A stretch of DNA of 64,000 nt from a virus. Below the pieces are notes generated by a model. The model did not search any database and had not been told where the DNA came from. It saw only the letters and a list, made by a program, of their open reading frames with translations. The DNA is taken from IMG/VR virus record IMGVR_UViG_3300020183_000009. One strand, 5' to 3'. Position numbers and translations under genes: made by a program. Below are positions 57,860 to 64,000 of the stretch, in pieces (within the stretch, counting starts at the first letter, position 1; every line of letters begins with the position of its first letter).

Positions 57860-58036
57860 TTAGTCTTTAGGGTTAGTTTTACCCACATTATCGTATAGTT
57901 TCATTAATAGTCTAGTCTCTCTTAAATTTTTTTCAAGTCTATCCAATTCTTTTTCACTAACACCTTTTTCACATGCTTCATCATAAGCACGTTGTGATTC
58001 TACGACTAATTTTGATATTGTTTTAAGTAACTTCAT
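57860..58036 (-). CDS. VVE-leader small protein
   Basis: MKLLKTISKLVVES; TATTTAT at 58042-58048. Confidence 0.6.
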   Translation of the reverse strand: MKLLKTISKLVVESQRAYDEACEKGVSEKELDRLEKNLRETRLLMKLYDNVGKTNPKD

Positions 58037-58108
58037 ATACAATAAATATTACCCAAAATAGCATTTATTACAAATTATTGTTTTCTATATTTAATTTCAA
58101 ATAGTGTT

Positions 58109-59089
58109 ATGAAAGAAAACTTAGTATTTGTAACGGCACAACCTGACGTTCCATATTTTCATTGGCAAGTTAGAGTTTATACTCAAAACTTTATAGATTT
58201 AGGTATTGACCCAAATAAAATTCATGTGATATTTGGTATGGTTCAAGGTAATACAGAACCTACTGAAGATTCTTTAAAACTCAAAGAATTGGGTATTAAT
58301 ATCCACCATTATTTAGATGATAGACAAAGAAAACATTATATCCCAAGTATAAAACCTTTTTTAATTTATAAATGGTTGGAACAAAACCCTGAATTTGGTA
58401 GGTGTTTTTTCTTACACGATGCTGACATTATTTTTAGAGAACTTCCTGATTTTGATAAATTACTTAGTGATGACACAATATATCTTTCAGATACCATTGG
58501 TTATATAGGTTATGATTATATTGTTAGTTGTTGCGATAGATACGAAAATCAACATCCTGATTGTGGAGAAAATCAACTTTTACAAGAAATGGTTGATGTA
58601 ATAGGTATTACTATTGATGAGGTAAAAAAGAACCAACCTAATTCAGGTGGTGGTCAATACATTATTAAAAACACTCCATGGGAACTATGGTTTAAAATAT
58701 ACTACGATTGTGCTCCTCTATATGACCAAATGTTAGATTTTCAAAAAAGGTATCCAATTAGCCCAGGTGAAATACAATTTTGGACTGCGGAGATGTGGTC
58801 TCTGTTATGGAACCTTTGGTATTTTGGTTTAGAAACTAAAGTAGTTAGTGATTTAAGTTTTTCTTGGGCAACTGACTCAATCAGTACTTATGAAAAACAC
58901 CCAATATTACATATGGCAGGTGTGACCAACGACCTAAAAGATAAAAAATTTTTCAAAGGTGATTACATTAACATTAATCCATTGGAAATGTTAAAATCAA
59001 ACATTGACTTTTTTGAGTACATTGAGTCCACAAGTGCCACAAGAAAATATATTGATATTATGAAAAGGGTTATAAAATTTCAGGAATAA
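58109..59089 (+). CDS. putative GT-A glycosyltransferase
   Basis: YF.WQ, SIKP, LHDADIIF (DxD), GGGQY, WTAEMW, ILHMAG. Confidence 0.65.
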   Translation: MKENLVFVTAQPDVPYFHWQVRVYTQNFIDLGIDPNKIHVIFGMVQGNTEPTEDSLKLKELGINIHHYLDDRQRKHYIPSIKPFLIYKWLEQNPEFGRCFFLHDADIIFRELPDFDKLLSDDTIYLSDTIGYIGYDYIVSCCDRYENQHPDCGENQLLQEMVDVIGITIDEVKKNQPNSGGGQYIIKNTPWELWFKIYYDCAPLYDQMLDFQKRYPISPGEIQFWTAEMWSLLWNLWYFGLETKVVSDLSFSWATDSISTYEKHPILHMAGVTNDLKDKKFFKGDYININPLEMLKSNIDFFEYIESTSATRKYIDIMKRVIKFQE

Positions 59090-59128
59090 ATGTATTTATT
59101 AAAAAACTAAAAGAAAATATTTAAGTTC

Positions 59129-60559
59129 ATGACTTATCCTTTTTTAGGACCAACTCCTACACCTAAACCAATAATACCTGAGTTCACAAATGAATGTGAA
59201 CCAATCACTTTATTCCCTATGGGTGTTGAGTGTAATCTTACTCATCCTTCTCCATCATCATCCGATGGTTCGATTTATTTAACAATAACGGGAGGAACTC
59301 CTCCATATTATATAAGCTGGAATAACGGTAACATTTCACCCGTTATATACAATTTAACTGCAGGTGTTTATGAAGCAACAGTTATTGATTCTTATGGCGA
59401 TTTTACCGCAAATACAAAATGTATTTTAACAGGTTCAACACCAACACCTTCCCCCACACCGACCCCAACACCTACAACTCCTTATATTGAGTATCAACTT
59501 TGTATGACAACAAATATACTTAAACAAGGTTCTTATGTAGAAACTCAAACTAATTTTTCACCTAACGGTTTATTTAATTCTAAACCTTCTTGGATTTCTA
59601 ATGACTCAACACAAGTAATATATTGGGACTCAACTCTTTTACAATGGAAGTTATCGGCTTCAACTCCAACAACTTATACAATATTTAATTCAAATCCTAC
59701 TTACCCACCAATTTATGGTAGTTGGTTTATTATTGGCGCTACAGGTACTGTAATAGTTTATGAAGGTAACTGTAATCAAATAGTAAGGATTCCAAATGGT
59801 AGATTCTCGGCAGAATCAGAAGATTCGGTCCAACCTATGAATGTTTTAATTACTAAAAACCAAACAATATGTGGATGTGATGGTGGTTTAACAATTAAAT
59901 CAAGTGGTGGTTACCCTCCATATTCATATTCGATTAATGGTGGTTTGACATATAGAAATATACCAATGTTCAGTAATTTATGTTCAGGTTCCTACAATGT
60001 TGTTGTTAGTGATTCTGAAGGATTTACTGTTAGTAATAATATAACGTTAAATCCTCCATCACCTCCAACCACTTATAACGTTAAATTAGTTACCCTACCT
60101 AAAACACTACAAGCAAATAGTACATTATTAACTAAAGAGTACACGACAACATTATCAATAACACCTGATTTACCTGATGGTACAAGTATTAACTTTAAAT
60201 TGAGTCATTTAAACTTATCTAAATCTTCACCTAATGAAGATTCCGCCACTTTTAATACCAAGACCTCATTAACTATTGATGGTATCAATATAATTCCACC
60301 GTCCTCATCTTCAACAAACGATGATAGTATTATTAATACAGTTGCAGGTTGTCAATCGGAAAATGTTTGGTTAACTTCATTAAATGAAGTGTGGGATTCA
60401 ATTACTATAGATAACACAAGTGATTTTAAAATTAGAACAATAACAAGTGTAAATAGAAATGAATTTGTTAATTGTTATGTTGGTACAAGTGATGAAACAT
60501 ATAATTTATCAAACTTAAAAATTTACGGTTGTGGTTGTTGTTCAATTATAACGTCATAA
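59129..60559 (+). CDS. SprB-repeat and PT-repeat structural protein
   Basis: DGSI.LT.TGGTPPY..SW.NG...NLTAG.Y...V.D and a second SGGYPPYSYSINGG...NLCSGSY.V.VSD repeat. Confidence 0.75.
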   Translation: MTYPFLGPTPTPKPIIPEFTNECEPITLFPMGVECNLTHPSPSSSDGSIYLTITGGTPPYYISWNNGNISPVIYNLTAGVYEATVIDSYGDFTANTKCILTGSTPTPSPTPTPTPTTPYIEYQLCMTTNILKQGSYVETQTNFSPNGLFNSKPSWISNDSTQVIYWDSTLLQWKLSASTPTTYTIFNSNPTYPPIYGSWFIIGATGTVIVYEGNCNQIVRIPNGRFSAESEDSVQPMNVLITKNQTICGCDGGLTIKSSGGYPPYSYSINGGLTYRNIPMFSNLCSGSYNVVVSDSEGFTVSNNITLNPPSPPTTYNVKLVTLPKTLQANSTLLTKEYTTTLSITPDLPDGTSINFKLSHLNLSKSSPNEDSATFNTKTSLTIDGINIIPPSSSSTNDDSIINTVAGCQSENVWLTSLNEVWDSITIDNTSDFKIRTITSVNRNEFVNCYVGTSDETYNLSNLKIYGCGCCSIITS

Positions 60560-60585
60560 AAATTAAATAAGAATATTTATAATCA

Positions 60586-63114
60586 ATGGGATACATTATT
60601 AAAAATACATCGGGGTTAATTAATACAAGATTAACTGATACAGGAAGACAAAAATTATCACAAGGTAATTTTAATATTTCTTATTTTCAAATAGGTGATA
60701 GTGAAGTTTCGTATAACACATTACCAGTGTCCTATAATCAATTTGATACCACGATTCTTGAGCCAAACTTCAATGCTCAAAATTCTAGCGGGTCTCCTCA
60801 ATCAAATAAAGAAAATATTAAATACCCATATTATGTAGATGGTTCTACAGGCAACACATATGGTGTTCCTTTTATGGATTCAATAGTTAGTCCTGTTTAT
60901 AACAGAGCCGCCATGAGAGGTTTCTTCACAGGTAATACAACTGCCGAAACTACTTCATGGAGTGCAATAACTAACGATTTATATGCTATCAACGCAAACT
61001 ATTCAGTAAGAATGAATAGTTTAAACGGTACCAATGTTATAACACCAATTTTAGTTTCTAATGGTGTTTCATTCAGAGAACCTGCGGTAGGTGACATTGT
61101 TACGATATTTTATGATGGTAATGGTTTATATAATAATACATGTTCAAATGTCCCAACACCATCTCCAACTCCAACAATGACGGTTACTCCAAGTATAACT
61201 GCAAGTAATAATACTCTAACTCCAACACCATCACCTACCCCATCAGCGTCATTTACTTGTGAGACACCTACACCTACCCCAACTCCATCTGCAACATTCT
61301 GTCCAACACCTACCCCAAGTAGAGCTTGTCCCCCACCACCACCGCCAGATTGTTTAACACCTATTAGTAGTTGTTATTCAATGTTAACTTATAAAATAAC
61401 ATCAATATGTTTGGGTGAATTTACATTAGATAGACCAACACCTGATTTTTCAAATTTATCTTCTGATTGTTATGCAAGAATGATTGTATATCCACCAAAT
61501 ATGCAAACCATGTATGATTCGATAACTCCTCGTCCTCATTGGAGGGATAATGTTATTAACTATGAATCTGTTTGTTATACTGATGAGTTTGATGTTAAAG
61601 TTTGGAATATGAATATTCCTTGGTCTGAAAACCCTGCAGGTCTTTTCTCATCGATTAGTAAAGATTATACCAACTTTGGTTCAAGACAATATCTTGGTAC
61701 TAAAGAATACTTTGGTTATGCTTCAAGTAGTGGTCAAACTAACACTAGTTCAGTGTACCATTATGATTCATTAGGTGATAAAGTAATCGTAACTCCTGAA
61801 GAACAAAAAGCAATTGCGGTTATTCATTATACAAATCAAACTATAGATTTCTTCTATGGTGAAAAATTTGCGTTTGAGCCGTTTGATGTGTCAAACCCTT
61901 CAGATACTACGGGTCAAGCAAGAAACTTTAAATTACACATTCCTTGGTTGATGTGGCATAAAAATCCTGAATGTTGTTTTGGTGAAACTTTTTGGGTTGA
62001 CCCACCTGAATTTGAGGATTTAGATTTATTTAAAGTTGAGTACTTACAATCAACTAAAAATAGTGATATGAATTCCCCAGGTATTAGATACTATCATTTA
62101 TGGGATACTCATAGAAATACAAATAACTTACCTAATAGAATTGGTAAAGTATTTCCTGATTCTAAACTTGTCATTATTGACGATGAGGAAGTTATCGCGG
62201 CAATGTCTTATAAATCAAATAGGAATTGGACGTTACCCGCTCCTAAGACTTCATTAGTCACACCTAATACTTGTGGTAATGATAGTAATTCTTTAACAGG
62301 TGTTTTAACGGGTAATACACAATATATGCACGTTACTTATAGACTAAGTAATACTTCAGTATTTACAAACTCATTACATTGTAACTATTACACAGTAATG
62401 CAAGGCCCTAATATTGATTGTAACCCACAACCATCTCAAAATGTGGCGGTTAGATTTGGTGCTGAGTTCCCTTGTTTGAGACCTGAATATAGTCCAACAA
62501 CAACCACTACCACGTTTGACCCATTTACTACGACAACGACTACTTTTGACCCATTTACTACGACAACAACAACTTGTCCTGTGGGATGTGATGTTGTATC
62601 AGGATTCTACGCCGATAAATTTGAAATTATTTGTCAAAAAGTAGATGGTACAGGAAGACCAAACTCTTCTGAGTGGAAGATAATTGATTTTACAGACCAA
62701 ATCTCAAGTATGATGGTTAATGGTTATATCACTGAAGAATCGTTAACAAGTACGACATTTGTAATTACAAATGAATTATATGAGGACGCTCCAACATACA
62801 ACTTAAATAATTATATACCATTAACACCCGTTGGTTATACAGGTACATCATTAAATTTTGGTGATGAATATTATTTCTACGGTTCATTAGAAACTGACAT
62901 TCAAGCAACAATTTATGAGATGAGATATAAGATAAATTTGAGTCAGGCTGAATTTCAAGCAACATCAAATCCAACATGGGTACAAGGTAAACCTTCGTAT
63001 TTAACTGAAATTGGACTTTACGATTCTAACAAAAATCTTATGATTATATCAAAAATGCAGTCCCCTGTTTTAAGACAAGGTATTCAGCAGTTTTTGATTA
63101 AATTTGACATTTAA
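60586..63114 (+). CDS. large virion structural protein (baseplate/tail-associated)
   Basis: N-terminal LTD.GR.KL..G...YF..GDSE, C-terminal TEIGLYD...L...K..P; PT and Thr repeats; TATTTAT upstream. Confidence 0.7.
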   Translation: MGYIIKNTSGLINTRLTDTGRQKLSQGNFNISYFQIGDSEVSYNTLPVSYNQFDTTILEPNFNAQNSSGSPQSNKENIKYPYYVDGSTGNTYGVPFMDSIVSPVYNRAAMRGFFTGNTTAETTSWSAITNDLYAINANYSVRMNSLNGTNVITPILVSNGVSFREPAVGDIVTIFYDGNGLYNNTCSNVPTPSPTPTMTVTPSITASNNTLTPTPSPTPSASFTCETPTPTPTPSATFCPTPTPSRACPPPPPPDCLTPISSCYSMLTYKITSICLGEFTLDRPTPDFSNLSSDCYARMIVYPPNMQTMYDSITPRPHWRDNVINYESVCYTDEFDVKVWNMNIPWSENPAGLFSSISKDYTNFGSRQYLGTKEYFGYASSSGQTNTSSVYHYDSLGDKVIVTPEEQKAIAVIHYTNQTIDFFYGEKFAFEPFDVSNPSDTTGQARNFKLHIPWLMWHKNPECCFGETFWVDPPEFEDLDLFKVEYLQSTKNSDMNSPGIRYYHLWDTHRNTNNLPNRIGKVFPDSKLVIIDDEEVIAAMSYKSNRNWTLPAPKTSLVTPNTCGNDSNSLTGVLTGNTQYMHVTYRLSNTSVFTNSLHCNYYTVMQGPNIDCNPQPSQNVAVRFGAEFPCLRPEYSPTTTTTTFDPFTTTTTTFDPFTTTTTTCPVGCDVVSGFYADKFEIICQKVDGTGRPNSSEWKIIDFTDQISSMMVNGYITEESLTSTTFVITNELYEDAPTYNLNNYIPLTPVGYTGTSLNFGDEYYFYGSLETDIQATIYEMRYKINLSQAEFQATSNPTWVQGKPSYLTEIGLYDSNKNLMIISKMQSPVLRQGIQQFLIKFDI
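62497..62574 (+). repeat. coding tandem repeat (T6-FDPF)x2 plus T6
   Basis: TTTGACCCATTTACTACGACAAC repeated at 30-nt period. Confidence 0.85.
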
Positions 63115-63115
63115 T

Positions 63116-63715
63116 ATGAAAAAATCTATCGAGAATACTCCAAAAGTATTGGGGTTAGACGTGTCGACCAAAACCATTGGTTGGGCATTATTTGACATCG
63201 AGTCAAGAGAGTTGTTGGAATTAACCCATGTATCACCTATACCTAAACCTAAACAAGATAATAAAATTAAAGAATTAATTCTAAAAAGTGAAATTTTTAG
63301 AAGTAAATTACTTCAATATAAAAATTTAGGTATAACTAAAGTTGTGATTGAGGAACCTTTAATGAATAGTAATAATGTTTATACCATTCAGACTTTAATG
63401 AGGTTTAATACCCTAATAACTAAAGAAATATACGATATTTTGGGTATTATTCCTGAGTACGTCTCGACTTATAATTCTAGAAAATCTGCCTTTCCTAATT
63501 TAATTCAACAAAATGATAAAGGTAAATTTGTACTGTTCGGTGGGTACCCAAAAGATTGTGACAAAAAACAAATTATATGGGATTTGGTTGCAGAACGAGA
63601 ACCTCAAATTACTTGGGTCTATACTAAAAATAATACGTTAAAAAAAGAGAATTTTGATATGACCGATGCGTACTGTTGTGTATTAGGTTATATGAATCAG
63701 GAAAAAATTTGGTAA
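63116..63715 (+). CDS. RuvC-like Holliday junction resolvase
   Basis: VLGLDVST..IGWA, VVIEEP, D..DAY. Confidence 0.8.
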   Translation: MKKSIENTPKVLGLDVSTKTIGWALFDIESRELLELTHVSPIPKPKQDNKIKELILKSEIFRSKLLQYKNLGITKVVIEEPLMNSNNVYTIQTLMRFNTLITKEIYDILGIIPEYVSTYNSRKSAFPNLIQQNDKGKFVLFGGYPKDCDKKQIIWDLVAEREPQITWVYTKNNTLKKENFDMTDAYCCVLGYMNQEKIW

Positions 63716-63739
63716 TATCGTTCAAAATACCGATTATTT

Positions 63740-63772
63740 AAAATATCGTCTTTTTAGACGATATTTTTTTTT
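63740..63772. terminator. bidirectional intrinsic terminator
   Basis: AAAATATCGTCT-TTTT-AGACGATATTTT. Confidence 0.85.
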
Positions 63773-63841
63773 AACTATTAGTTAATTCTAAAAATTTAGT
63801 AGTATTACTGATTAATATTTGATTACCGAAACACCATACAT

Positions 63842-64000
63842 TTAAGTTAAGGTAGGAGTAATACTTGGGGTTGGGGTTGGAGTTGTAAAATCAGTCGTTA
63901 AACATACTGGTGATTGAGATGCTCCATATATTAAGTTACCTGTGGAGTTAATTAAAGTAATGTTATACGGACTTGACGTATCCACATTATAGATACGCCC
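63842..64000 (-). CDS. C-terminal end of a PT-repeat protein (runs off right edge)
   Basis: Manual translation ...SPVCLTTDFTTPTPTPSITPTLT-stop. Confidence 0.65.
   Translation of the reverse strand, partial: GRIYNVDTSSPYNITLINSTGNLIYGASQSPVCLTTDFTTPTPTPSITPTLT

Larger units (their letters stand above)
1363..60580. promoter_or_regulatory. dispersed putative late-promoter motif TATTTAT shortly upstream of starts
   Basis: Plus: 1363, 2565, 4045, 5117, 8778, 18985, 27531, 55624, 59093, 60574. Minus: 4034, 8363, 12387, 12986, 15075, 18522, 21925, 27475, 33460, 39470, 43810, 49486, 52823, 58042. Confidence 0.7.

Noticed and set aside
210-62977. Many antisense or nested ORFs in the track (e.g. 210..449, 14871..15272, 46780..47313, 49583..50182, 56603..56851)
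   Set aside because: They are shadows of better-supported genes on the opposite strand or frame, with Ser/Phe/Leu-rich or VG-repeat composition.
1-64000. Stop-codon reassignment as in some Bacteroidota jumbo phages
   Set aside because: Recognisable genes are full length in the standard code and coding density is high.
1-64000. tRNA, tmRNA or rRNA genes
   Set aside because: No cloverleaf, T-loop/CCA or tmRNA-like ends were recognised in the intergenic gaps, despite smpB; a tRNAscan/ARAGORN run would be definitive.
1-64000. Bacterial chromosome origin
   Set aside because: Host-like genes are isolated among short unknown ORFs, with phage-type primase, SbcCD, lysis and structural genes and no housekeeping operons.

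Overview
An AT-rich, densely coding, standard-code fragment of a large (jumbo-type) tailed dsDNA phage genome, most likely infecting a Bacteroidota host. Host evidence: TAnnTTTG host-type promoters, a short Bacteroidota-like RpoD, Hc1-like protein, type II glutamine synthetase and SprB repeats. It carries replication/recombination genes (DnaG-like primase, SbcC/SbcD-like nuclease, PD-(D/E)xK nuclease, RuvC-like resolvase), two DNA methyltransferases, host-like auxiliary genes (smpB, dnaJ, glnA, cysK, rmlC, trx/grx, NUDIX, Dps-like), lysis genes, and Pro-Thr/Cys-rich structural genes at the right end. Most unusual signals: (1) an array of small gene cassettes at 16.6-18.0 kb joined by a conserved DNA junction (TTAAATCAGAATAAGATG, so unrelated proteins all end in KSE-stop), with a visibly chimeric member; (2) a ~150-nt rod-like RNA candidate behind a DIP1984-like gene; (3) many unrelated proteins sharing a TATTTAT promoter motif plus an N-terminal [IL]-x-E leader, suggesting capsid-packaged, protease-matured cargo; (4) a glycosyltransferase embedded among Pro-Thr-repeat virion genes. 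All family calls come from motif recognition by eye; no searches were run.
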